A stretch of 64,000 bases of DNA from Eledone cirrhosa (lineage: Eukaryota): assembly GCA_964016885.1 (NCBI GenBank), contig OZ024753.1, positions 23,746,001 to 23,810,000 on the forward strand. The letters are read 5' to 3'. Position 1 is the stretch's first letter; every line of letters begins with the position of its first letter. Of the stretch, positions 15,896-30,090 are shown piece by piece. The position numbers and the translations under genes are program-made. The notes beneath the pieces are model-generated. The model was not told the DNA's origin. It made no database searches and saw only the letters and a program-made list of their open reading frames with translations.

Positions 15896-16896
15896 CTAGC
15901 AGTAAAGCCCGGCGTTGCTCGGGGTCGCTCAGTAGCTGTGTTAAAGTTACAATGTTAAGTTTCTTTTTTGGCTTAAAAACTGTAATGTCTACTGTGCAGA
16001 CTTGCATGTGGTGTTTTTGATTAATATTCCCTCAACCAACAATATGCCTTATGAAGTTAAGAAAACATAACGATAACCCGAATGTTATAACAAAAGAGGA
16101 TGCTGGGGATAGAAACTGCACTGGTTATTTATTAACAAAGATCGAAAATGTAAACACTGCAACGCAGAGAAAAACATTAGCGTAACCAAATTATCAGTTA
16201 TGTCTGTCTGCACGCCTATATCACCTCTCTGCACGACTGTCTGTCTGCACGCCTATATCACCTCTCTGCACGACTGTCTGTCTGCACGCCTATATCACCT
16301 CTCTGCACGACTGTCTGTCTGCACGCCTATATCACCTCTCTGAACGACTGTCTGTCTGCACGCGTATATCACCTCTCTGCACGACTGTCTGTCGGCACGA
16401 CTGTCTGTCTGCACGACTGTCTGTCTGCACGCCTAACGACGAAATATTTGCTTGTTTTACGTAGTCTTTAAATAGACTTGTTTTCAAGTAAAAATATTGT
16501 TTTAAAATGCTTTTAAATGGAAATTAAGCAAAACGGAAGCTTAGTGTTCGAACTGATGAATTTTGCAGGTCAATATTTTGCTGGCTCGACAACTGTTCAT
16601 GTATTGTGTTAATGTCATTTTAAACGCTGAGAAAGACAGCGTAATTTTTTACGTAAGATGCTCAATGTAAACAGAACAAAGGGAAATAACTGATAACTTA
16701 CGCTCAAAAATCGATACATTATATTCGATTTCGTCACATAGGGTGGGTCAATTTGAAATATTTTTTTTCCGATGTCTTCGCTAGGGCTCAATGTACAAGT
16801 ATAGCAATTTCGGTGCAATTCCGTGAGAGATTCTAAGAGGAGATGTGTGCCAAAAATCGATAGACAGACAGACAACCACAGTTTTATATATATAGA
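15896..16896 (-). mobile_element. Non-autonomous Helitron (~1.0 kb)
   Basis: Minus strand begins TC(TATATATATAAAA) and ends with hairpin CCCGAGCAACGCCGGG, 8 nt, then CTAG. It sits between A and T with no TSD. Confidence 0.85.
16201..16436. repeat. 37-bp minisatellite inside the Helitron (5 copies plus shorter units)
   Basis: TGTCTGTCTGCACGCCTATATCACCTCTCTGCACGAC repeated head-to-tail with no spacers. Confidence 0.95.
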
Positions 16897-16950
16897 TTAA
16901 ACCATTTTTCAACTGTGAACACTTTGTCAGCATTTTCTATTCGGTTTACC

Positions 16951-17345
<395 letters not shown>

Positions 17346-17385
17346 AATATTAAATAAATGGAAACTATATTTATAAAACCATATT

Positions 17386-17451
17386 TATTTCATTATATAT
17401 ATTTCAGGGATATCATATTAACAATATGCTATGCCTTCCTCAGACAAAATA
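17386..17451 (-). ncRNA. Type I hammerhead ribozyme family B, in a PLE-type terminus starting at ~17346
   Basis: Minus TATTTTGT-CTGAGGA-AGG..CATATT(gtt)AATATG..CCT-GAAA-TATATA-TA^ATGAAATA. Stem I is 8 bp and stem III is palindromic. A second copy at 63692-63757 has CTGAAGA. Confidence 0.78.
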
Positions 17452-18371
17452 CAATATAAACAGTTTTATAGATAAATAGATTCGACATACCGTAACAACA
17501 TCGACTTGCATTTGAAGAGGTTGATTTGGCAGTGAAAAAATTCTACACAGAGAGAAAGAAAGAGAGAAAAAAGAAAGAAAGACAGAAAACGAAGAAAAGG
17601 AAGAAAAAGAAGAAATGCATTGAACAAAATAGAGAGATGGAAAGATAGATAAAGAGAAGAACTTCATGTAAAGAAACAGAAAGAGATATATATATAGAGA
17701 GAGAGAGGAAATAGAGATAGATACATATATATATAGAAAATTAGGTAGTGGGAGGTCTGTTGAGTAAATGTATCAATGATACATTTATTTATTTATTTAT
17801 TTATTTAGCTCTAGTATTAATGTAAGGGAGATATATATATAGAGAAAAAAATATAGAGAGAGAAAAAATATAGCGAGAGAAAAAATTTAAAAATAACCAG
17901 ATATATGCGAGGCGTAAAAACCCTATGTTTTAACGTAGAGGTATTAGTATTTATAAAACATCCACTATATTGTAAATATCAGTATTCCTGAATGAGACAA
18001 GTATCCATAGTGTGTGAAAATTAATGATCTTATGTTTAGTTTTTTTAAAAATTCATATGTTTATGTGATAGCTACAAACATCCATGTTAATCTACATGAT
18101 CAACTCTGCAAACCTTAAGTTCACGGAAAACATTCTCAATGTGGTATAAAAATTTGAGTATACATATATGTGTATTATTATTCCTGTCTTTACTCTACAA
18201 GATTATCTATCAAGCAGAAATAGAGAGCAGGTTTCAATATACTAATAAAAATATATATCAGAAACAAAACTAAAAAATAACAATAATAATAATAAGTAAT
18301 AATAAAATAGAAAACTAAAAAAATATTACGAAAGAATATTACATATTAAAAATATTACATATTAAAAAATT

Positions 18372-19690
<1,319 letters not shown>

Positions 19691-19792
19691 GTAATAATAA
19701 TAAAATTGAAGACTAAAATCCAGAGAGGGCTCGATAAGGAAAATATATATCAAATATATAAGAACCGAAGACCAAATATTTATTAAAATAAC

Positions 19793-19864
19793 AGATTAAA
19801 GTTTAAGCAAAGAATCGCTGCTTTCACCCTTAACGGGATCTTCTGAAACTAACAAAGTCAATCT
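19793..19864 (-). ncRNA. Core-variant hammerhead-like motif, family C
   Basis: Reverse complement of 21069-21140. Confidence 0.6.
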
Positions 19865-21068
19865 GTAAACGCAGAACTGGATATTTCAAAAAACGTTGCA
19901 ACCGGAGGAAGACAGGAAGACGATACTTTGGTTCATGGTGACGTTCGCTGGCAAAGAACGGGAAAAAACGAATAATACGTCATTAATAGGAGCGGTGAAA
20001 GACAATTACGTGCAAGGACAGAACCACGTTTATGGTATAAAGGTCGTAGACTAATGTTCTCTAAGTGGTGCATAGAGACGTTCTATGGCAATGAACGAAA
20101 AAAACGAAGATAATAAGTCATATGTGGAGCGTGGAGAACAATAGCGTCCAAAGACAAAACCACGTAAATGGTATAGCAGAAGTCGTAGACTAAAATTCTA
20201 ACTAGGAGACCGAATGAATCTCCGCTACAGAGTTAAGAACAAAGTAAATAAATACAATACAGAAGTAATAGGAACAAAAAATACATACACGCAAACAGAT
20301 ACGTACATACACAAGCATACGCAAAACCTTACCATAGGTATACAAAACCACGCACATATAAATATGTGTATGTGTGTATGCTTGTGTACAAATAAATAAA
20401 TAATTATATAAACGTATATAAGTAAATAAATACGTATATAACAAGCGCACACACATACCTACAAATAAATACATGAAGGTTCGAAGACGTAAGTCAACTA
20501 AAACAAGAAGTACACATATACACACACCCACCATACGCACGAACCTGCATACTCACGCAGACGCAAAACTCCCATATACACATAACCAAGCCCTAAATAC
20601 CAGAATATGTAAAAATTATACGCCAAAACAGTCAAATATACGTACGAGAAGGTATACATACCTTCACAATCATACGGGTAATATATACTTACCTATGCAA
20701 ATAAGTAAAGGAATAAACAAAACATATACTTAGCTCCTACATCAAGACGTAAATATCCACGTATAGATCGTGCTCTCCGTTAGGGTATAACGTAGGGCTG
20801 TAATACAGGAAAGTTTTGTGCAATTTATGTTTACAAGCCGAAATTGCCTCAGATTTTTTGTATAAGATGTGGTCTGTGGCGTAGAGTATTTCCAGGGCCT
20901 CAGCGGCGCAGAGGTCACATGGTCTTTTATTTCCGTTATACGATCTAGCCCTAACTAGGATCTCCCAGTGTAACTTATATTGGGTGTGGTTGTCTTTTAG
21001 ACCAAAGTATCGTCTTCCTGTCTTCCTCCGGTCGCAACGTTTTTTGAAATATCCAGTTCTGCGTTTAC

Positions 21069-21140
21069 AGATTGACTTTGTTAGTTTCAGAAGATCCCGT
21101 TAAGGGTGAAAGCAGCGATTCTTTGCTTAAACTTTAATCT
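21069..21140 (+). ncRNA. Core-variant hammerhead-like motif, family C
   Basis: AGATTGA(bulge)AGTTT-CAGAAGA-T-CCC(gttaa)GGG-T-GAAA-GCAG(cgattct)TTGC-TT^AAACT-TTAATCT. All three helices pair; the core has U4A and U10.1-U11.1. Confidence 0.6.
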
Positions 21141-21149
21141 GTTATTTTA

Positions 21150-21232
<83 letters not shown>

Positions 21233-21466
21233 TAAGAGTTTTGTAGCTTGCTTGAAGCAGTGTTGAATAGGAAACACAAATTTAAATAAATTTGAAAACC
21301 AAACAATGCATTAGAAAGAATTTTAAATCGCTAAGATAGCAAAAGAATCTTACCTTAGCAAATTTCGGGTTTAAAGACCCATTATCAAAGGAGTATCCCT
21401 AGAAGAGACTTAAAGGTGCGTTCGGAGTTGATCCGGGTCACGTCTACAGCTCAGATGATGTCATCT

Positions 21467-21935
21467 AGTGACTCAACAAACCAGAACTTGCACCCTCAAA
21501 TCCAACAGGTACGCCGTCAGTCTAGATGTAGTATTCCTCTACACACCGGTACCTCTATTCCCGGCTGTGTACATACTCACTGAATGTGTCGGTTTCAGCG
21601 ACCTGGATCGTTTCAGCCTCACCAACACCGTGATCCACCAGCACCTATCCATCATTGTAAACAACGCCTTTTTCAACTTCCTGGGACAACCCTACCAACA
21701 GACCTCTGGACTACCCATGGGATTCAGCCTCTCATGTTTACTGGCCATTTCTTAGATGAACAGGCTTGAATGCCGAGTACTCAGCTCCGGCGACACTGCG
21801 CTTTCTTCAATAGATATGTGGATGATGTACTTATCCTCACATCCACCAAGGAGAGTGCCAACAAGATTTTCCAATCTTTCAACAACGCTGACAATAACAT
21901 CACGTTCAGCATCGAACATCCACCGACTGAACATC
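21467..21935 (+). mobile_element. Degenerate PLE RT fragment
   Basis: SLDVVFLYTPVP...YQQTSGLPMGFSLS, then after disruption RYVDDVLIL...ITFSIEH. Confidence 0.8.
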
Positions 21936-21959
21936 TCTGATAGCGGTGAAATACACAGC

Positions 21960-22330
21960 GATTTTTCTTTCTGCTCGTTGGGAAATAGGTCATTTGTTAT
22001 CAGGTGGTCATATGTATATTCAGTTAGGACTGATGTTAAGATTTTATACATTGTGGTCAAGCAAGTTATCGGTCTGTTATTTTTTGGATATTTGTCTTAT
22101 CTTCGGAAGCAGGAATGTAATGCCGTTAACTAGCCATGATGGTATCTTTTCTGGCTCCTTAACCATTTCATTGTAAAGTTAGGCTAACAGTTCATGAGAC
22201 TCTGTGAAGGTATTTATCCAAAAATTTGGTATTTGTCTTTCCCTGGGGATTTCCATTTGTTGGATTTTCTATGAGCAAAACGCAGATGCTCAACTGTTAT
22301 ATTTTCCCATGTTTGTTCCTCAAGGTGAGC
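21960..22330 (-). mobile_element. Degenerate non-LTR RT fragment (R4/Dong-like)
   Basis: Minus strand WKSPG...PSWLVNGITFLLPK...NRPITCLTTMYKILTSV...LFPNEQK. Confidence 0.7.
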
Positions 22331-22464
22331 TGTATCATTCATTTGTCCGTTGGCAGGTGAACAGTGAACTGTACTGATGAACGGTAATCTAAAGCCTGGC
22401 GGAGTCCATCCCTTTTCAGATTTGAGTATAGTGAATTTCTTCCAGATAAATATACAAAATGTGA

Positions 22465-22590
22465 TATATATTATTTTTATCTACCTCGAAAGGATGAAAG
22501 GCAAAGTTGACCCCCGGCGGGATTTGAACTCAGAGAGCTGAATCAAGCAATCTATCCGACGTTCTGTCTTCTCTGTCAATTCACCGCCTT
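22465..22590 (-). mobile_element. tRNA-derived SINE remnant
   Basis: GAAAGGATGAAAGGCAAAGTTGACCCCGGCGGGATTTGAACTCAG; B-box GAGTTCAAATCCC on minus; the same motif recurs at 27.6-28.5 kb and 30.0 kb. Confidence 0.75.
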
Positions 22591-22741
22591 ATACATATGT
22601 ATATATATCTTGAACAAGACACTTTATTTCACGTTGCTCCTTCTACCTGGAGTTGCGACCGATAGATAGTATTAGCAATTGGAAAGACCAATGGAAACAC
22701 TGTTTCCTCGGTCCGATTTGACGAAAGTCGATCGTCCAAAA

Positions 22742-22779
<38 letters not shown>

Positions 22780-23937
22780 GTGCGTGTGTGTGTGTGTGTG
22801 TTTATGGCTAATGCAGAAAATCAGCATGGAAAAATCTTTAAAAGCTCACACTATGGTAGGGTTCTGCTTTATTTTCTCATGCTGTGGTTGGAATTACAGT
22901 AAATCCATGGCATATCTCCACAGCTATTGGAAATGGACTTCATTCTGCTTCGTTAACTAAAGTCGGAAACTGCAGTGAATTGTTTCATTGAGAAACTGCA
23001 ATTCTCAATAATCCGCAGGAAAAAAGCACATATATATATTCCTACCAAGCTTATCAAATTACTTATTGGAAAATATAACCATCAATTATACTGTGTTGTC
23101 TGACATATATGGATTTCAGAGATACCTTGATTCTTACAAATTTAAACATGTATACAAATACACAGACATACATGCATACAAACACACATACACATACATA
23201 CATGCATACAAGCATACACACACACATACATACATCTATAACTATATATATATAGAGAGAGAGAGAGAGTGATTCATTTTATTAAGACAACATACTTAGA
23301 CTCATTATATAGCCTTAATAAAATATTTAAATTCTACTTCGGTATTGAGTACTCTCTGCCGTCAACCATATATATAGTGAAAGAATGAAGTGTAACATCG
23401 TTGGCTGTACAATAAGGGGCTTTTTTTCAGGTATTGACAATTGTTTCATTGATCAGGTGAGTCTAGAGTCGCTAATCGCTTGAAGTTGCGTCACTCGATC
23501 TACATTACATTATTTACCTCTAACCAATTCCTCAGAATTCTAAAACAATTCACTCAAGGCAAGATATATATAGAGAAATAGCGTATAATCAAAACAATAA
23601 CATCAATAATAAAATATATATGATAAATAGGTAGAGAAGTTACAGATGTAAAAAGTAAAAGATAAGAAAAAAGATACAGTAAAAAAGTAAGAAAATGGAA
23701 AAATATAAAGAAATAAGGATAAGTGAGAACATATAAGTACAGAATATGATAGTGGTGGTGGTGAGTAAGTGTTCGTATAAGGATTCTGTGGTGGATTTAG
23801 TGCTAACATGAAAGTCATATTCGAAACATACATAGATACGTGTAGAGAGTCTGATGTAGTGACAGATAAAAGAAAAAGCAATAAATTAGAGATTAATTGG
23901 GGGATAGTGAATTAAAAGGGTGGATGGTGAATTGAGG

Positions 23938-24067
23938 TTGACAAATGTGTGTGGTAAATGTTTTGCTGATTGACTTGTCTTAATGGGGTTGATGCTGTTT
24001 CAGGGAGGCTTGACAAATGTGTGTGGTAAATGTTTTGCTGATTGTCTTGTCTGAATGGAGTTGATGC
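23938..24067. repeat. 72-bp tandem duplication with a partial inverted copy at ~24360-24405
   Basis: TTGACAAATGTGTGTGGTAAATGTTTTGCTGATTG...GTTGATGCT occurs at 23938 and 24010. Confidence 0.85.
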
Positions 24068-24830
24068 TCCGCAACGGAGAACCTGCACACAGAAAAGCCT
24101 CCAACTGTAATTGCATATCTTAAGGTAGGATAAGATGCTGCTTAACAGCAAAATAGAAAGATCAATTTTCTGTAGGCATAAAATAGCTACCAAGTTCACA
24201 AATTTCAAACCACCGTGATTCGAACCAGAAATCTCAAAATTAGAACTGAACCACCTGGATTTTAACGTATGGAATACACACCATCACACCGCTATTAGCT
24301 GTCAAACGGCCAACTGGTCACTAGATCATACATCTCTTAGCATCTCTTTCACCTTCTTTCCCTGAAACAGCATCAACCCCATTAAGACAAGACAATCAGC
24401 AAAACCGAAGGGACGATTGCTTTCTAGTTTCAATTTCTGCTTCAACTTCTCTGGTATTTTCTCATACAGCCCCTCTCCTACACTTCATTTAAAACAACAA
24501 ACTTTGTAAGGCCATAAATTTGTGAACGTTTCCAGACTATCACAGCCACATCATCAGAAATGTTGGTTTATTTTAACTACCGTCAACAAAAGGATCTCTG
24601 TTACAAACTAACTCAAATGGCCTAATAAACAAATTGAAACTGGAATGTAGTAATGACTTTAACAACACATGTATGATTAAAACGCTGTTCCTCGTATATT
24701 TGAATGCACACACATACACACACACACACACATACATTATACAGACACGCACATATATATATATACACATACATATATATATATATATACACACACACAT
24801 ACATATATACATACACATACATATATACAT

Positions 24831-24908
<78 letters not shown>

Positions 24909-24959
24909 AATATTATGGAATACTGTTAGCTTCTCGCTACAACAATTTCTATACTTTTC

Positions 24960-24999
<40 letters not shown>

Positions 25000-25316
25000 T
25001 CTTTGTTGGTTTTATTCAATGAACAAATATAATTATTTCTGAGGTCAGCATATGACCTATTTTCATCCCTAAAATAATCTTTAATTCATAATATTCTTTC
25101 CATCCAAAACTGAAATCTACCTTCCTCTACACATAAATTAAGGTTGTTCTTTTACTACTATCTTACCATCTTGACCCCTCTGATAGTTTGTAAAAACTTT
25201 ACATAGATCTATAGGATATGCATACCAACACTAACATATATATCCTAGAAACGATCGTAAAATGATGAATTTTTTAATATAAGGAACTGTTTCTTTGTTT
25301 ATTCGTTACTTTATTA

Positions 25317-25391
<75 letters not shown>

Positions 25392-25393
<2 letters not shown>

Positions 25394-26608
25394 CATATGT
25401 ATTACGTCACTTGTGGCAAAGACCCTGAACAGGATGATTTTTGACTGGATCCAGCCCGAGATGTAGAAGCTCAAGGACAACCAGAACGGTTTCAGAGAGA
25501 GAAGATCAACCACCAGTCACATCCTGATGCTGAGGGGGATATTAGAGGGAGCTAGAGCAAAGAGCCTTCCTGTTGTTATGGTTTTCATTGATTTACGAAG
25601 GCCTTTGATTCTGTGGACCGTCACTGCGTGATGAAGATCTTACAGGCTTATGGAATCCCCAAGAAGATAGTGGACCTGATATCACTGTTCTACACCAACA
25701 CCAAAGCCCAAGTCATTATACCTGATGGGATGACGGACTTCTTTGAATACTGGCTGGAGTGCTCCAGGGAGATACATTGGCTCCCTACCTTTTTACCATC
25801 ACAGTGGGCTATTGTATGCGTCTTGCACTGGAGAAACACCAGGACTCTGGCTTTACTGTAACACCAGCTCAGAACAGGAGAGTTAAGGCGAAAAGGAGAT
25901 CAGATGCTGAATTTGCCGACGACATAGTTCTGGTGAGAAATACAGTGAAGGAGGCAGAGGAGTTGATGCAGGGGGTGGAGACTGTGTCGATGAGTGTGAG
26001 GCTGAGAATGAATGAGACGAAGTATCTGGTAGAGAACATTAAGAAGCCAGAGAAGATAATGAATGTAGGCGGGAAGCCGCTAGAGTTGGTTGAGGACTTC
26101 CTGTATCTGGTAGCAAAGATTGGGAATACAGAGGATGATGTGGTCGAGAGGAAGAGCAAAGCCTAGGCGGCATGCTACAGTTTGAGATCAGTGTGGAAGT
26201 CAGACCTTTTCAAAGACCTGAAGATTTGTCTTTTCCTTGCTACATTGGAGTCTGTGCTACTGTACGGGTCTGAGACTTGGACACTGACCAAGAAACTCAC
26301 CCAGATGATGAGGATGGCTCTGAACATTAATCAGTAAACATTGAGGATGAAGAACTCAGAGCTGTACAAGAGACTCCCAAAAGTCAGCTCGAAAGTAACA
26401 CAGAGGAGACTGAGATTAACTGGACATGTTCACCGACATTCAGAATTGACACTACAGACAGGGCTCCTGTGGGAGCACCTGCATGGACACACTAGAAGAG
26501 GGAGACCGAGGTTGACATGTGTTGGAGACTCAGGACATGGCGGCGATGATGAAGGAGAGAGACCGCTGGAAAGAACTCCTCCATCGATCTCGGGAATTTT
26601 ACCCACCC
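25392..26608 (+). mobile_element. RTE-like LINE RT region, degenerate, flanked by (AT)n
   Basis: QNGFR..RST, KAFDSV, LQGDTLAPYLF, EFADDIVL, DFLYL, ESVLLYGSETWTLT, RRLRLTGH; multiple frameshifts. Confidence 0.88.
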
Positions 26609-26625
26609 TATATATATATATATAT

Positions 26626-26700
<75 letters not shown>

Positions 26701-27589
26701 CACACACACATACACACACACACACTTATGTAATGTGTGTCTGCGAATGGGGGCATATACACATACTGAAGGAAGAGAGAGGTGCTGTAACATTGCATTT
26801 GTTTTAAATTTAATACTTTCAGTTTGAGTGTGTCTGTCTGTATGTGTGTGTGTCTGTCTGTCCATATCGCAATTAATTTAGATTATGGCAATTTATTCTG
26901 AAGCTAACGATAATTATTTTTATATCTCCCTATTAATGTTAACATCTTAGAATATCTCCCATTGTACATAACTCGTGTCAGTGTTGGAAAAGCTAAATGG
27001 GAGAAACAGTCTTTTGTAGTTCCTAGAGATAACATTTTTATGACTTTAGGTTCTTATAGTTCACCAGAGATATGTAGAACTAGTCGTAATAACATAGGCT
27101 GTATGAAAAAGGTTATATTTCAAACGCTATATTTTTGGAACAATTGACCATATAATCATGCGCTAACTTGAACAATACATGTCTGAATATAAAGTTCCAG
27201 CTAGATCCTGTCATATCCATATGGCTTAAATGCACAGCAAGTCTCTGATCTCCGAATGGCTAAATGTCAGCAGAAGGTCACCCAGGAGTCATGACCTGCA
27301 TGCAGCCCGTCCCCCTTTCAACCCATAATTTCTTATGGGCTGAAACATTCACTTGAGTGGGGGTCTCTGAGGACTTTCTCCTGTCCAGTGGGCCAGAGAG
27401 TTTCTTATCACTTTTATTCTATGTTTAGAACTTTTATAAATATTCATAAAGTTATCTACATGTTGAGCATTTTTAAGAATTGTAAATAAACATTCGTTTT
27501 CATAGACTCTATTTTTAACTCAAGCACAAGGCTAGAAATTTATCTTCAGTGGGCTAGAGTGACGCTGAATTTTATCGACCTAAAGCAAA

Positions 27590-28510
27590 TGACTGGTACT
27601 TTATTTTATAAACCATGGAAATATGAAAGGCATATTTGAAGACGGTGAGATTTGTATCCAGAATGTAAAAATCAGAACGAAATACGGCCTGCTACCCACC
27701 ACTCTAAAGATTCCGTCAATTCACCAACCTGCTCCAGTCTAAAATTACAAGACTCCTCTGTTTATAGGAAGAATGGCTACACATGGCTGTTAAATACTCA
27801 GCCAATTGCACTTTACTAGTAGGTATTACTGGTAATCTAAATGTTGACTGCTCATTGTCATGGCCGACGGAGGATATCATTACTAGGTACAAGTCCAACA
27901 ATGTTTGCGGGGAAGAGAATGTCGATTAATTTAACCCCATTACATTATTGGTGCCTTATTTTATAGACTCTGCAAGGATGAAAGGCAAAGCTAACTTGTG
28001 CAGGATTTGAAATCAGAACGTAAAGGATCGTAACTCTATGCCACAAAGCATATTGTCCAAAGCTTCACCGATATTGCTTATCAACCACCTATCATATTAA
28101 TAACGATCAAACATCGTGGACGAGGGGGGGGGGACCATATATACATAGAAGATAGTCGTTGGTAATAATTGTTTCGACTTTTGGCACAAGGCCAGCAATT
28201 ACCCAGTGCATTGCTGGTACTTTATTTTATCGACCCCGTAAGGATGAAAGGCAAAGTTAACCTCGGCGGGATTTGAACTCAGAATGGCAAGGACCGTAAC
28301 TCTATGCATCAAAGCATGGCGTCCGACCCTCTACCGATACTGCCAATCCACCGCGTCCTTGCAAAGAAGACTTGAAATGTAATGAAGCGAACTTTTATCT
28401 CTCTGAACACAAACAATAATTGTTTCTACTTTTGGCACAAGGCCATCAATTACCCAGTGCATTACTGGTACTTTATTTTATCGACCCCGTAAGGATGAAA
28501 GGCAAAGTGA
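27590..28510 (-). mobile_element. Cluster of about 4 tRNA-SINE remnants
   Basis: Repeated CTGGTACTTTATTTTATCGACCCCGTAAGGATGAAAGGCAAAGT motif near 27593, 27948, 28214 and 28465. Confidence 0.75.
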
Positions 28511-29924
28511 AATAATAGACGCTAATAATTGCTGCATATGACAAACGAAGTAGCTATATAATTACATGGCTGTGAGATGAGATTAAAGATGTCCAACTTT
28601 ACCTAACATTCTATACGAGGAAATTCAAATGTGTATAGAATATCTCGCGACAGACAGCTAAACGAGAGATAGGGAGGGAGACAGAGTGAAATATAATAGA
28701 GGTTGACAGAGAAGGTGAAAAATCGCGAACTTGTAGCAAATTCTTCAATTCCTTTTAATTGTAGATGGTTACATATTAAAATTACATTTGTGAAGATCAT
28801 TATTTCGTAGTAAATTATACGTTTTTGAAATATTAATTGTACATGGCGAGAAGTTCTGTTTAGGTTCTATATTTAGTTTTTTGAACTTTCTGAACTTTCA
28901 CTGTTCACTTAATTTTCTCTTCAATATTGATTTTTCCCTTTGACGTAAGACCGGCCGCCATATTTTAGATAAGGATAATGTAGATGTAAGATCGTTTGTT
29001 TGATACAATCAGTAGAATATCAAATAAATTGCATTGTGGTGTTACGGTGCTTCTTTAATGTAGAATTGGTAGAATTGGTTCGTCTGTGTCGAATTCATTG
29101 CGGTATTTATTCTTGTTGTTTTGCTCTCTTAGTTCAAATTCCACCAAAGTTAACATATAATTCCATTCCTTCAGATTCGATAAATAAATTACCAACCCAA
29201 TCATGTTGTCGACTCTAGCCCCCACCCCCTTCTCGGTCTCTCTCGTTCTCCCTGGAGGAACTTAACTATGGCTGAATTTGGAGAGGTTATGTCCCACAAA
29301 GCTAAAGATCGCGTCGCTACAACTCCATCGAATCACTGTATATAACTGCATCATTATTTTATCGAGTGGTATCTTATCTTATGCCAAGTGTTTTTACATA
29401 GTTTCTATTTAATCTTGTTTTGCTATTTTCGGTGGGAGCCTGTTTATAGTCACTCAACCTGATAGAAATAGCAACGAAATATCTCGGATCAGAGTCTACC
29501 ACTTTAAATAGTAAAGTGACACATTAGGTTATATAGTCCAAAGATGTCATTAAAAGGATATATTTACTTTCATCAAGAACGGTTTGAAATGTTGAATAAT
29601 TTCTATTTTCCCGCCAACTTTACATATTTGGTATTGGGTTGACATAAAGATTATTATTTGCTTTTGTCTTAAAACAGACCAAGAGGTTGATAATTTGTAA
29701 CTACACACCAGCACAATATTAGAACTGTAGGTAGCCGTTACTCGAAATAGAACCGCGGTGATTTATGTCCGAAACTCTAACGATTTTATCAATTGTTTCC
29801 CGAAGTCTTGTAGTCTATCGCCAAATCAAAGCACTTGACTTGTAACAACTGGTAGCAAGTTGGGCTATTATATTGAATCCTTTTTATAGACACTTTCGTC
29901 CTTTATGCCAACGCTATTATCGGC

Positions 29925-30090
29925 GCTAAGGTGACGTATTGACAGAGTCGTTAGAGCGTCGGATAGAATGCTTTGTGACATTCGTTCCAGTTCTCTGCTC
30001 TCTGAGTTCAAATCCCACCAAAGTCAGCTTTGACTTTCATCCATTCGAGTTCAATGAAAAAAAGTATCAGTGTTGTACTGGGGTCGATTC
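29925..30090 (+). mobile_element. tRNA-derived SINE remnant
   Basis: Head ...GCGTCGGATAGAATGCTT..., B-box GAGTTCAAATCCC, then CTTTCATCC...AAGTATCAG core of the same family. Confidence 0.7.

Larger units (their letters stand above)
19691..21156 (-). mobile_element. Naiad-like PLE (family C): ORF C-terminus + long pLTR, with inverted pLTR arm at 21001-21156
   Basis: Minus 21000-20734 translates LKDNHTQYKLHWEILVRARSYNGNKRPCDLCAAEALEILY...KKSEAISACKHK, the W.IL..A..Y..C.LC..E...SE...C.H end of Naiad-type GIY-YIG. 21001-21156 is the reverse complement of ~19777-19932. Confidence 0.8.

Noticed and set aside
16201-16436. 37-bp repeats of CRISPR-like length
   Set aside because: Head-to-tail with no unique spacers, no cas genes, eukaryotic context.
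27275-27360. Hairpins AGGTCA/TGACCT and CCCATAA/TTATGGG followed by GAAA
   Set aside because: No CUGANGA-like box upstream, single copy, compatible with chance.
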